Shown: positions 27,915 to 37,558 of the stretch, in pieces
How the letters are laid out: every line of letters starts with the position of its first letter
Numbering within the stretch: the first letter of the stretch is position 1
Assembly: GCA_964423875.1 (NCBI GenBank)
Contig: CAYRGS010000002.1
Coordinates: forward strand, 14,062-78,061
Direction of reading: 5' to 3'
From: an uncultured bacterium
GTDB lineage: Bacteria; UBA8248; JACPRG01; G963555815
DNA length: 64,000 nucleotides
Position numbers and translations under genes: made by a program
The notes under the pieces: generated by a model
The model's input: only the letters and a program-made list of their open reading frames with translations
The model's database searches: none
What the model was told of the DNA's origin: nothing

Positions 27915-28946
27915 TCACTCGACCCCAATCTCTCTCATCATCTTTCTGTACGCCACCGCGACCGCGTCCGGCCCTTTGAGGTGCAACTCCTCGCTCAGAT
28001 CCAGGGGCAGCTCTTCCGGCCGCTGATTCCCGACGACGATGAAATCCTGCTGATAGAGAGTTTCCATCACCTTGAGGAGGGCGCCGGCGGATTCACCCAG
28101 GAGCGGGGTGTTGATCTCCTCATCCTTCCAGACGATGGGGCCATTGGCGACCTCCGCCGCGTCGAGATCGTAGTTCCGGGTCATCAGCATATACCGGCTG
28201 CTCTCTCTGGCCGAATGCGGTGTCATGACCACAAAGAAGACCTCCGTTTTATCGTCGGGCTGGGCGTTGGTGTTGTGAATGGTGAAGGGTTGGGTGAGAC
28301 GGTAGCTTCGGCGATGCGGGATGGAATAGATGTCCGTGGGTTTTTCCTGAAACCAGAACCGGATGAGATCACCATCTCGTTCCAGGTGCATGTCCGGCGC
28401 CTCCGCCTTGTCGCGCTCTCCAAGAATCCCCTCGTGGACCCAGGCGAAATGGGCCTGGTCCACAAAGTTCTCGATCTCCCGCGCCGCGCTGCCCTTCCAC
28501 GGTTTACGCTGCCGAATGAACATGCCGTAGCCCGGGTCTTCAAACTCTGGGAAATTCGGGATCGAGGCCAGGGGCTCGGCGTCCAGGCAAACCCAGACGA
28601 GTCCGTACCGCTCCTCGGCCTGGTAGGGGGTCAGGCACGCCTTTTTGGGGATGGGGTGTTCCGGGGGAATCGAGGGGATTCGCACGCATCGGCCGTCTCC
28701 CGCGTAGGCCCAGCCGTGATAAGCGCAAACGAGGTTATCCCCCTCGACCCACCCCAGGGAGAGGGGGGTCCCCCGGTGGATGCAAAGGTCATGAAAGGCT
28801 CGCACCTCTCCCCCGAGCCGGCAGACCGCCAGCCGCTCATCCAAAAGCCGGACCGCCAGGGGCTTCTCGCCCACCTCCTCCGAAAAGGCCACCGGATGCC
28901 AGTACCGCCGCAAACCGGGCCAAAGATCGCTTTCCCGCATCGTCAT
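27915..28946 (-). CDS. Rieske [2Fe-2S] non-haem-iron oxygenase, alpha-subunit type (class IA, VanA/phthalate-family-like)
   Basis: Rieske motif CIHRGTPLSLGWVEGDNLVCAYHGW (CxH-x16-CxxH). The mononuclear iron motif is ENFVDQAHFAWVH (D-x2-H-x4-H). The start is taken at MTMRES. Confidence 0.8.
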   Translation of the reverse strand: MTMRESDLWPGLRRYWHPVAFSEEVGEKPLAVRLLDERLAVCRLGGEVRAFHDLCIHRGTPLSLGWVEGDNLVCAYHGWAYAGDGRCVRIPSIPPEHPIPKKACLTPYQAEERYGLVWVCLDAEPLASIPNFPEFEDPGYGMFIRQRKPWKGSAAREIENFVDQAHFAWVHEGILGERDKAEAPDMHLERDGDLIRFWFQEKPTDIYSIPHRRSYRLTQPFTIHNTNAQPDDKTEVFFVVMTPHSARESSRYMLMTRNYDLDAAEVANGPIVWKDEEINTPLLGESAGALLKVMETLYQQDFIVVGNQRPEELPLDLSEELHLKGPDAVAVAYRKMMREIGVE

Positions 28947-29185
28947 TTGTCCTCCACACGAAGCGTTGTCACGCGATTTCCGCAATGAACGAGACTGAAT
29001 TTTGTATACCACACATGGACCGTCTCCCCCAAGGCTCAAGGAATATCGGGAGACGCCGCCGGCCATTCAAACCGTCCCCCCCCCCTCTCTCTCCGCCCGC
29101 GCTTCGCGGGCCTGCTCATTGCCGTGGGATTCACCGAGAGAAAAAGATGCGGTGGGATTCAAAAGACTCGGTGGAGGCAAGAACT

Positions 29186-29965
29186 TCAATACCAAACAAG
29201 CCCCGCCGTGACGTTGATGTCCTGGGCCGTCATGTGAGCCGCGCGGTCTGAGGCGAGGAACGTCGCCATCTCCGCCGTATCCTCGGGATCGACCAGGGAT
29301 TTGAGGGCGGAGGGACCCGTGAAATCCTCCCGGACCTCGGCCTCGCTCCTGCCCTCCCCTTCGGCGAGACTTCGAATCACATTGTCGATCCGCTCTCCGG
29401 ACGTTGCCCCCGGACAAACGGAATTGACCGTAATCCCGAACTCTCCCACCTCATGCGCCAGGGTTCGCGTGAACCCCATGACCGCCATCTTGGAGCTGGT
29501 GTACGGCGTCCGCCTCACCAGGGGGCGCTTGCCGCTCATGGACGAGATGTTGATGACTCGCCCCCATCGCTTGGCCTTCATCACGGGCAGCACCGCCTTG
29601 CAGCAAAGAAACGGTCCGATGACGTTCACGGCGAATGTTTGATTCCAATCGTCGATGGTGGTCTCTTCACAAAGGGCCGTGGGACCCGCGATTCCGGAAT
29701 TGTTGACCAAGATGTCGATGGTCTCGAAGGCCTCCAGCGTTTCTTTCGCCATCCGGTTGACGGAATCCTCGGACGTGACGTCCGTCTCCACCACGAGGCA
29801 GCGGCCTCCGTCGTCATGAATCTCCTCGGCCGTCGCCCGCAGCTGATCCAGCGACCGGGCCGCCAGCGTGACGGCCGCCCCTTCCCTGGCCATCACCTTT
29901 GCGATGGCGCGACCGATCCCCCGTCCGCCGCCCGTTACGATTGCCACCTTTCCCTCCAGCTCCAT
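29186..29965 (-). CDS. SDR-family oxidoreductase
   Basis: MELEGKVAIVTGGGRGIGRA, NNSG and the Y-x3-K motif in PYTSSKMA. Confidence 0.85.
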   Translation of the reverse strand: MELEGKVAIVTGGGRGIGRAIAKVMAREGAAVTLAARSLDQLRATAEEIHDDGGRCLVVETDVTSEDSVNRMAKETLEAFETIDILVNNSGIAGPTALCEETTIDDWNQTFAVNVIGPFLCCKAVLPVMKAKRWGRVINISSMSGKRPLVRRTPYTSSKMAVMGFTRTLAHEVGEFGITVNSVCPGATSGERIDNVIRSLAEGEGRSEAEVREDFTGPSALKSLVDPEDTAEMATFLASDRAAHMTAQDINVTAGLVWY

Positions 29966-30084
29966 GCGCGCTCCTCCGGTTTCGGAGACTGACAATCCAG
30001 AAATCCTATGTAATACAATGGCTTAATCCTTATCACACGCCATTTTCAGGTGTCAAACGGAGGGGCTCCTTAGTTATTCCCAGT

Positions 30085-30109
30085 TTCGGCACTTGAAGAA
30101 ACAAGGCCC
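30085..30109 (-). terminator. Candidate intrinsic terminator (minus strand)
   Basis: The minus strand reads GCCCC-TTC-GGGGC followed by CTTGTTTCTTC. It lies downstream of the sulfatase-like gene and the 30200-30358 remnant. Confidence 0.4.
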
Positions 30110-30199
30110 CGAAGGGGCAGTCGTGATCCCTTCACTGAGGGGAACAAAGGGCTTAAGTCTTTTGTTAATAAAAATGGACCCAATTGCTGTTTAGCCCTA

Positions 30200-30358
30200 T
30201 TAGCCTCGATTACTCGTCCGCTCCAGGTCTGCCACGCCCTGGGCCGCGATGTCCACGGTGAGCTGGCCGTTGAAGATGGTCTGGTCGTGGGTTTCGACTT
30301 CGCCATGGTGGATCAGGAAGATACGGTCCGCGCTCTCGTCAATCTGCAAGAGGTGCAT
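30200..30358 (-). pseudogene. Possible 3' remnant of a native gene (ABC-ATPase-tail-like) truncated at the island junction
   Basis: My translation is MHLLQIDESADRIFLIHHGEVETHDQTIFNGQLTVDIAAQGVADLERTSNRG*. The high-GC composition changes abruptly to low GC at about 30340. The ADRIxLIHxGxV pattern resembles the C-terminal end of ABC ATPases. This is weak evidence. Confidence 0.2.
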
Positions 30359-32378
30359 GGATTTTCACCCTCTTCCCCCACATTCTACTGCCAGGGGGGG
30401 TTTTATACCTTTTGAGCATCCGCAACAATTCCTCATCTCGCGGGGATTTGAAGATGTCTTTTTTCTCCTCCGGGTCCTTCTTTAAATCAAAAAGACGTAT
30501 CGTTGGCGACCCGGAATTTTCATTCGTTATCAGCAGCTTCCCATTTCGCCACCGTAAAAAACTGCTTCCTAGAGAGGGATTCTCTCCATATATCGTTTCC
30601 CTTGGTTTTCTTCGAGCGTCATTCATCAACTCCCCTAGAAAGCTCCGCCCTTGGACATGCCTCGACTTTTCAAGATTTGCCTCAGCTATTCCCACCAGTT
30701 CCAGCAGCGTAGGCATTACATCGACCAATCCCGACATTCCTTTGACGTGTTTTCCGCTCCCAATTCCTCCTCGCCATCCCATCATAAAGGGTACCCTCAC
30801 TTGTCCCTCATAAAGTTCCCTACCTCGAACACTCCCATGCTCCAGAAGTTCTGCCCCTTGCAAGGAAGTTACAATCCAGATCGTATTATCCATAACGCCC
30901 AACCCATCGAGACGTGAAAATAGATCTTTTAGACCGTCATCGGTATACCTTACCTCACCGTCGTATTGCATAGTAACGCGCTTCTTTATTACCTCTTTGG
31001 CTTTATGCTCTTTACCTTTTCCCCCCAAGCGATCATAGATTTTCTGAGCCATCTTTGTATCTAAATATTGAAAGACTGTTCCGGGATACAACCTCCTTAC
31101 ATATTCCATTGGAGGGTCGAAAAGATCATGGAGCTCACTATACTGAATCAAGAGAAAGAACTTTGCCCGATTTTGGCTCCACGCTTCGTCGCTTTTCAAA
31201 TGCTGGAGGTAGGCTGATGCAACCCTGTTGATCCACGTCCAGTAATTATAGGTATCGAGCTGATAGAGTCTAAAGAATTTAAGAAACACCTTTGTCCACT
31301 CATAGTTAAGGTGCTCTGTCAGTCGAAACAATTCCGGCGAGAATTGTTCCAATAAGCGAGAAACAAATAGTCTTTTCTTTAGATAAAGGATTTCTTCTCC
31401 TCGTCCATAGTGATCGAGCCACGACTCGAAATGAAATTGCGAACCCCGGAACAAACCGTAGTCGGCCTCCAAATAATCATGACTTACGAACGAGGCCACA
31501 TTGTAGCCCCTATTCCTAAAGACATCAAGAAGGGTCGGAAGAGTACGAGAAAGTGTTACATACTTCCCGTTTTTCCTACCCCATCGTTTAACCAATAAAC
31601 CATGTTTCCCAGGATGGGTGCCGGTTAGCAAGGTAGCGAGAGAGCATTTCGGTAAGGAGCATTGGGCATAAAAGTTCTCGAATTGTTGTCCCCTTTTCGA
31701 CAACTGGCTTAAGAAGGGGGTTGTGGGTAACGGATAATCATAGGAAAGAAGATGGTCGGCTCGAAGGTTCAAGATGACAACAAGAATAATGTTGGGCAAG
31801 TTTTTGTCTTCTGATGTCAGAATCTTAGTAGGAACGTGTTGGAAGTTAGCATTCCTGGGAAAAACCGGCGGCAGGGATGTAATCGCAGACAAAAGCAGAA
31901 TCGCAATTACAGCGAGCGAAGAAACTGCAACCCATGAAAGCAAACGCATCGAAAGGCGTTGAAGAATCTTGTAGGTAAAAACCGAAATTAAAGTGAGGCC
32001 AATACACGAGAACAGGAAAAAAGAACCCCTCAGCGCTGAGAGGCGAACAGGAGTGACTTCCCAATGTGGCCAGGAGAAATTAGCTAGTAGAAAGAATCCA
32101 ATCCCCAGCGAAACATAAGCCGACAGTAAGGCCTTTTTTAGAACCATTGGTTCCTTTCTTCGAAAGACGAGAACGCCGACACCGCAAATCAGCACATAGC
32201 AGAAGAACCATACTGGAACACTTAGAATGAAAGAAATGGGTAAGAAACCAAAAAAATCTATCCTGGTGTAGGGCCTATGATCAAACCAAAAAAAGAATAG
32301 GATCAAGCATTCGAGTATAGCTAACAGAACGCCAAGCAAAATTCCCAGTGCGCCCATCCGGACTAGAACCCTGATCAT
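30339..32378 (-). CDS. Membrane-anchored sulfatase-fold (alkaline-phosphatase superfamily, LtaS/sulfatase-like) protein with substituted catalytic motifs
   Basis: 679-aa ORF. About 190 aa of multi-TM N-terminus are followed by sulfatase-like blocks PNIILVVILNLRADHL, FENFYAQCSLPKCSLATLLTGTHPGKHG, RGYNVASFVSHDY and IWIVTSLQGAELLEHGSVRGRELYEGQVRVPF. GC is low (22-28 of 60 on sampled lines). Confidence 0.75.
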   Translation of the reverse strand: MIRVLVRMGALGILLGVLLAILECLILFFFWFDHRPYTRIDFFGFLPISFILSVPVWFFCYVLICGVGVLVFRRKEPMVLKKALLSAYVSLGIGFFLLANFSWPHWEVTPVRLSALRGSFFLFSCIGLTLISVFTYKILQRLSMRLLSWVAVSSLAVIAILLLSAITSLPPVFPRNANFQHVPTKILTSEDKNLPNIILVVILNLRADHLLSYDYPLPTTPFLSQLSKRGQQFENFYAQCSLPKCSLATLLTGTHPGKHGLLVKRWGRKNGKYVTLSRTLPTLLDVFRNRGYNVASFVSHDYLEADYGLFRGSQFHFESWLDHYGRGEEILYLKKRLFVSRLLEQFSPELFRLTEHLNYEWTKVFLKFFRLYQLDTYNYWTWINRVASAYLQHLKSDEAWSQNRAKFFLLIQYSELHDLFDPPMEYVRRLYPGTVFQYLDTKMAQKIYDRLGGKGKEHKAKEVIKKRVTMQYDGEVRYTDDGLKDLFSRLDGLGVMDNTIWIVTSLQGAELLEHGSVRGRELYEGQVRVPFMMGWRGGIGSGKHVKGMSGLVDVMPTLLELVGIAEANLEKSRHVQGRSFLGELMNDARRKPRETIYGENPSLGSSFLRWRNGKLLITNENSGSPTIRLFDLKKDPEEKKDIFKSPRDEELLRMLKRYKTPPGSRMWGKRVKIHAPLAD

Positions 32379-32643
32379 GTCTTGGACTCCTTTTGTTTAA
32401 TCCGGGAATTTCTATTTCAAATCCGGACAGGCATGTACTGACCACTCGTTGCGAGGTGGTTCCATTTAACCACCCTTCACCGTACCAATCAACCCCATTT
32501 CCAGCGTCTGAAACCCTGATTAGATTGATGTTCACTTTGAAAACTATGTTACGCCTCCGGGTAGGTGAGCCTTCCCAGCATGTCTATCTGGAAGGGAGAT
32601 AATGTTCAGCATTTTGTCCTCGGGTGGATTGCGCTCACAGCGT

Positions 32644-32868
32644 TCAGACTGGCACGGGACGCAGGTGGTGGATTTGCTCAAGGATATGAGCGAACGTCTT
32701 TTCGGGTACGGCGACCTCAGCCAACTGAAAGATGATGTAACGGCATGCCGCATGATCCGGCCGCCCATTTTGATGAGACGGACTTCGAGGCTTCGCAGCG
32801 ACCAGTGCTTGAGACCTCCCGGCAGGCCAGCAATCCCGCATCCGAAGTGATTCTGGCTCCGTGTAACT
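32644..32868 (-). mobile_element. IS1380-family transposase C-terminal remnant (frameshifted)
   Basis: The minus strand reads ..LPGGLKHWSLRSLEVRLIKMGGRIMRHA in one frame and ..RYIIFQLAEVAVPEKTFAHILEQIHHLRPVPV* in another. Together these match the conserved C-terminal end (..TLR.KL.KIGA.V.RH.R...FQLAEVAVPR.LF..IL..I..LR) that I recall for IS1380-type DDE transposases. No N-terminal or catalytic part is present. Confidence 0.55.
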
Positions 32869-33211
32869 AAGCCTCAGAGGACGATTAAAATAACTGTCAA
32901 TGGAATCTTTTTCGCTTCATCTATTGGGTACCCCGCGAGAAAGTGGCAGGGGGAGACCAATACGCTGATGCTAGAAGAGAAAGCGCCTTTCGGTCTGTCG
33001 TATCTTAAGATCAAATGGAAAATCCAAGTCTGTCACCTTACGCGGGTCAACGTCGAGCCGCACTTGGGGCGGCTTGCTTGTATCGAAGCGTCATGCTCGA
33101 ATGAGCCGCAAGATGGGGTCTACATCGCGCCGGGCGATTGAGCGCCGGCTCAAATCAAGCTGGCGGGCGGGACGCCCGCTTTGGATTTCCCGCTACGGGT
33201 CGACAGTCTCC

Positions 33212-34282
33212 ATGACGAGCAATACACTTCCCACGACACACCGCGTCGTGGCCTGCCGGGGGGGCGACAGGACAGCAATCGAAGAGCGCCCGGTCCCGGA
33301 ACCGGGCGATGAGGAGGTGCTCTTGCGCCTGCGTGTAGTGGGGCTTTGCGGCACCGACCTGTTTAAGCTCGGAACCGGCGCGGCGTCCCCGGGCCAGGTC
33401 CTCGGCCACGAGGTTGTGGGCGAGGTGGTGGACAAGGGACGCCGTGTCACACGCTTCGAGGACGGCGACCGGGTGGCCGTGCCCCACCATGTGCCTTGCG
33501 GCGCTTGCCATCTATGCCGGCGGGGCGCGGAGACCATGTGCAACGTTTTCAGGGAGAACCTTCTCGAGCCCGGCGGATTCGCGGAACATATCCTGGTGCG
33601 TCCGCGGGCGCAGAACCTTGCGGCGCGCAGGATTCCCGATGGGCTCGCGGACGAGGCGGCGGTGTTCATGGAGCCTGCCGCCTGCGTGTTGCGGGGCGTC
33701 CGGCGGGCGGGCGCGGACGGCGTTGGCGCGATGCTCATCCTGGGGGCGGGCAGCATGGGCCTGCTCCACCTGTTAGTCCTGAAGGCGCTGTGGCCAGAGG
33801 TCCAGGTGGCCGTTTCCGATCCCGTCGCCGAGCGTCGGGCTCATGCGTTGCGCCTTGGGGCCGGCAAGGCGGTGAACCCCGGCGGGGAGGCGGCCGACGC
33901 GATCCGGGACATGACCGGCGGACTGGGCGCGGAAACGGTGTTCGACACGGTGGGGGGGGCGCGGCCGCTCGGCGAGGGACTCGCCCTGAGCCGCGAAGGC
34001 GGGGCGGTCGTGCTGTTCGCCCATGCCCCCGAGGGCGGGCGCGCCGATTTCGAGATCAATGATCTGTTCAAACACGAGCGCCGCGTGATCGGGACCTACT
34101 CCGGGGGGACGGCTGAACAGGCGGAGATATTCCGGCTGCTCACCGAAGGAAAGCTCGATCCCGCCCCCCTTGCTACGCACAGGCTGCCGCTGGAGGACTT
34201 CGAGCGCGGGGTGAAGCTCGCGAGGACGAGGCAGGCGCTAAAAGTGTTGTTCACACCCTCTCAAAGGTCTCCCGACGCCTGA
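33212..34282 (+). CDS. Zinc-dependent medium-chain dehydrogenase/reductase (sorbitol/threonine-dehydrogenase-like)
   Basis: GHEVVGEVVDKG, the structural-zinc Cys cluster CGACHLCRRGAETMC, and GAGSMG. The start is taken at MTSNTLP within ORF 33074..34282. Confidence 0.85.
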   Translation: MTSNTLPTTHRVVACRGGDRTAIEERPVPEPGDEEVLLRLRVVGLCGTDLFKLGTGAASPGQVLGHEVVGEVVDKGRRVTRFEDGDRVAVPHHVPCGACHLCRRGAETMCNVFRENLLEPGGFAEHILVRPRAQNLAARRIPDGLADEAAVFMEPAACVLRGVRRAGADGVGAMLILGAGSMGLLHLLVLKALWPEVQVAVSDPVAERRAHALRLGAGKAVNPGGEAADAIRDMTGGLGAETVFDTVGGARPLGEGLALSREGGAVVLFAHAPEGGRADFEINDLFKHERRVIGTYSGGTAEQAEIFRLLTEGKLDPAPLATHRLPLEDFERGVKLARTRQALKVLFTPSQRSPDA

Positions 34283-35358
34283 TGGCCGCTCAAAACGCAA
34301 TCCCGAAGACGATGCGCGGGGCCATGTTGCTCGGACCCGAGCACATCGAAATCCGCGAGACGCCGGTGGTTCCGCCCGCCCGGGGTGAAATCCTGTTGCG
34401 CGTCCGGGCGGCCACGACGTGCGGCACCGACGTGAAGGTGTATCGCCGTGGCGGCCACCCCCGGATGCTGACACCGCCCACGCTGTTCGGCCATGAGATG
34501 GCGGGCGAGGTCGCCGCGGCGGGCGAGGGCGTGATCAACTTTGCCGTCAGCGACGCCGTGGTGGTCGCAAACTCCGCCCCCTGTCAGGAATGCGCATACT
34601 GCCTCGTGAGCCGCGAGAACCTCTGCCCAGACTTGAAATACCTCAACGGCGCCTTCGCCGAGTATCTCCTAGTTCCGGAGCGCTTCGTACGCACGAGCAC
34701 TCACCACAAGCCGGCCGGCCTGGGCTTCGAGAAGGCGGCCCTCGCCGAACCGCTCGCCTGCGTCCTTCACGGGATGGAGGCGTGCGGGCTCGACGCCCAA
34801 GATGAGACAAGGGCCGTCGAGGTCATTGTATTCGGGGCGGGCCCGATCGGGCTCCTGCACGTGGCCGCGCTCAAACGGGCGGGCTATCGGGTGATTGCGG
34901 CCGACCCCAATCGTCCAAGACTCGAAGCAGCCCAAGCCTTCGGGGCGGACGAGATCGTTGCCATCGAACACGGCGGTGGCCAAGCGAAAACGGTCAAGAC
35001 CCGAACCGCCGGCGGTCTTGGGGCCAATTTCGCGATCGACTGCACAGGCGTGCCGGCAGTGTGGGCCGACGCGATTGTGTCCGTTCGGCCCGGCGGGGTC
35101 GTCTGCCTGTTCGGCGGCTGTCCGGCCGATACAACGTTGCCCCTCGATGCCCAATGGATGCACTACAGCGAGATCACGGTGAAGGGCGTCTATCATCATC
35201 GTCCGGCGATGGTTCGCCAAGCCCTGACAATGCTCGCCGATCCGGCCTTCGAGGCCGAGCGGCTCTTGTCCGGTGAGCGACCCATTGCCGAGGTCGAGGA
35301 AGCACTGCGGAGCATGATGCGCAAAGAGGCCCTGAAGGTGGTGATCAAGGCTTTGTAA
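34282..35358 (+). CDS. Zinc-dependent medium-chain dehydrogenase/reductase (second copy)
   Basis: GHEMAGEVAAAG, CQECAYCLVSRENLC and GAGPIG. The start overlaps the upstream stop (TGATG). Confidence 0.85.
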   Translation: MAAQNAIPKTMRGAMLLGPEHIEIRETPVVPPARGEILLRVRAATTCGTDVKVYRRGGHPRMLTPPTLFGHEMAGEVAAAGEGVINFAVSDAVVVANSAPCQECAYCLVSRENLCPDLKYLNGAFAEYLLVPERFVRTSTHHKPAGLGFEKAALAEPLACVLHGMEACGLDAQDETRAVEVIVFGAGPIGLLHVAALKRAGYRVIAADPNRPRLEAAQAFGADEIVAIEHGGGQAKTVKTRTAGGLGANFAIDCTGVPAVWADAIVSVRPGGVVCLFGGCPADTTLPLDAQWMHYSEITVKGVYHHRPAMVRQALTMLADPAFEAERLLSGERPIAEVEEALRSMMRKEALKVVIKAL

Positions 35359-35537
35359 ACCGGCGCGGCGAAAAAATGGCCGAGAGCGCCGGGCGGTGCA
35401 ATTGTGGATTGGCACGCGACACAGCGACTCAGGAACGGAAATGAAAGCCCCGACCCGCCTTCACGCTCATAACCGTTACCACTTCTAGAAATTATTCCTC
35501 TGACTTTGCCGCTAATCCCCGAAAATCCAGCCGCAAC

Positions 35538-35567
35538 TTGACACCCACACCGCTTGACTGTTAATTT
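35538..35567 (+). promoter_or_regulatory. Candidate sigma-70-type promoter upstream of etfB
   Basis: TTGACA (35538-35543), an 18-nt spacer, then TAATTT (35562-35567), about 115 nt upstream of the proposed etfB start. Confidence 0.3.
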
Positions 35568-35681
35568 TCCACGATTTCAATGTGGGGGGACAGAGCCCCG
35601 GGTTGGCGTCTGCGGTTGAGGTCAACGAGGGGGAGAATTGCCGGGTTGGCTAAACCCCTTGCTCCACTGAGAGTTAATGCC

Positions 35682-36482
35682 TTGGATATCATCGTTTGCT
35701 TTAAACAAGTGTTGGACCCGGACATCCCCGCCCGCGATTTCAAGGTGGATGAGGACGCCAAGTGCGTCGTCCCGCCTCCGAACGTGTCACCCGTCATCAG
35801 CAACTTCGACGAATATGCCCTCGAGGCCGCCGTTCAGCTCAAAGAAGCCTTGGGCGGAACCGTCACCGTCCTCACCGTGGGCGGTGACGGTCCGAAGGAC
35901 AACATCAAGAAGGCCCTGGCCATGGGATGCGACGAAGGCATCCTGCTGAGCGACCCTTCATTCAAGGGATCCGACGCCTTCGGCTCCGCGCAAATCCTGG
36001 CCGCGGCGATTCGGAAAATCGAAAATTACGATTTGATCCTCTTCGGCCGAGTATCCTCCGACTGGAGCTCGGGCGCGACGGGCCTCGCAGTCGCCGAGAA
36101 CCTGGGGCTGCCCGCCGTCACGCAGGTCCAGAAGATCGAGCCGGGCGAGATCTCCCTCCGCGTCGAGCGGGTCATCGAGGACGGAAGCGCGGCTTATGAC
36201 GTGCCGCTGCCGTGCATCCTCACCATCAGCAACGAGATCAACGAACCCCGCCTGCCCACGGTTCCCGGCATTCTGAGGGCGTCGCGGAAAGAGGTGCCCA
36301 CGTGGAGCGCGGCGGACCTCGACATCCCGCTCGGCGGGTTGGGCAACGACGGTTCCGGCGAGGACCTCCTTCGCCTTTACATTCCCCAACACGAGAGTCA
36401 GTGCCAAATCGTCGAAGGCGACTCGCTCGAAGAGGCGGCCGGAAACCTGGCCCTCCTCCTCCGCGAGCGGAAGCTTCTTTGA
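35682..36482 (+). CDS. etfB: Electron transfer flavoprotein beta subunit
   Basis: (L/M)DIIVCFKQVLDPDIP..VISNFDEYALEAAVQLKE..ILLSD..DLILFGRVSSDWSSGATG. A TTG start is proposed at 35682 and is uncertain. Confidence 0.85.
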   Translation: MDIIVCFKQVLDPDIPARDFKVDEDAKCVVPPPNVSPVISNFDEYALEAAVQLKEALGGTVTVLTVGGDGPKDNIKKALAMGCDEGILLSDPSFKGSDAFGSAQILAAAIRKIENYDLILFGRVSSDWSSGATGLAVAENLGLPAVTQVQKIEPGEISLRVERVIEDGSAAYDVPLPCILTISNEINEPRLPTVPGILRASRKEVPTWSAADLDIPLGGLGNDGSGEDLLRLYIPQHESQCQIVEGDSLEEAAGNLALLLRERKLL

Positions 36483-36493
36483 GGGAGAACAGT

Positions 36494-37483
36494 GTGACAC
36501 AACCCATCCTGGCCCTGGCCGAGAGCGCGGACGGAAGGTTTTCTTCCGTCACGGCCGAGGTGATCGGAACCGCCCGGAAGCTGGCCGGCGAGTCCGGCGC
36601 GGCGGTTGTCTCCCTGCTGGCGGGATGCGAAGTGTCCGGCCTGGGAGAGCCGTTGATCCATCTTGGCGCGGACCGGGCCATTGTCGTGGACGACCCCCTG
36701 CTCGCCGCGTACGAGGGCGGCGCCTATTCCTCGGTGGTCAACGGCGTCATCGACGACGTCAAGCCCTCGGTCTTCCTCTGCGCGCTCAACGATGTCGGCC
36801 GCGATCTGGCCCCGCGCGTGGCCCACCGGCAGAACGCTCACTTGGCCGGCGACTGCGTGAACCTTCGCCGGGAGGGGGACAAGCTTGTCGTGAGCCGTCC
36901 CGTTTGGGGCGGAAGCGCGATGGCCGAGGTATCCTCCCGGGGCGGCCCCATGCAGGTGATCGCCCTCCGGCCGAAGGCCTTCCCCCGCGCCGAGGCGAAC
37001 GCAGACCGGACGGGCGAGGTCGAATCGCGGCCGGCGAGGCTCGACGCGGCCTCCCTCCCGGTCAAGTTCCTGGAGAAGGTCAGCGTCAAAACGGAGGGGG
37101 TGCGACTCGAGGACGCCGCCATCGTGATCTCCGGCGGCCGGGGGCTGGGCGGGGCGGAGAACTTCAGTTACCTGGAGGAACTCGCCGAGGTTCTGGGAGC
37201 GGCGCTCGGGGCGTCGCGCGCGGCGGTGGACGCGGGCTGGGTCCCGCCGCAATACCAGGTCGGCCAGACAGGCAAGATCGTGAGTCCCGACCTCTACCTC
37301 GCCGTGGGGATCTCCGGGGCGACGCAGCACATGGTCGGCGCCGGACCGTCCAAGAACATCGTGGCCATCAACACCGACCCCGAGGCCCCCATCTTCGAAC
37401 GGGCTCAATTCGGTGTCGTGGGCGATTACAAGCGGGTCATCCCGGCGTTCACGGCGAAATGCCGCGAGCTTCTGGACCCCTAG
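36494..37483 (+). CDS. etfA: Electron transfer flavoprotein alpha subunit
   Basis: A GTG start follows GAGGGAGA. The C-terminal FAD block is [55 protein letters not shown]. Confidence 0.85.
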   Translation: MTQPILALAESADGRFSSVTAEVIGTARKLAGESGAAVVSLLAGCEVSGLGEPLIHLGADRAIVVDDPLLAAYEGGAYSSVVNGVIDDVKPSVFLCALNDVGRDLAPRVAHRQNAHLAGDCVNLRREGDKLVVSRPVWGGSAMAEVSSRGGPMQVIALRPKAFPRAEANADRTGEVESRPARLDAASLPVKFLEKVSVKTEGVRLEDAAIVISGGRGLGGAENFSYLEELAEVLGAALGASRAAVDAGWVPPQYQVGQTGKIVSPDLYLAVGISGATQHMVGAGPSKNIVAINTDPEAPIFERAQFGVVGDYKRVIPAFTAKCRELLDP

Positions 37484-37558
37484 CTGAACGCGGGCGCATC
37501 ATTACCGAAAAGGAAACGGACCATCAAACCTTCCCCCCCCTACTCCCGACTGGCCGAG

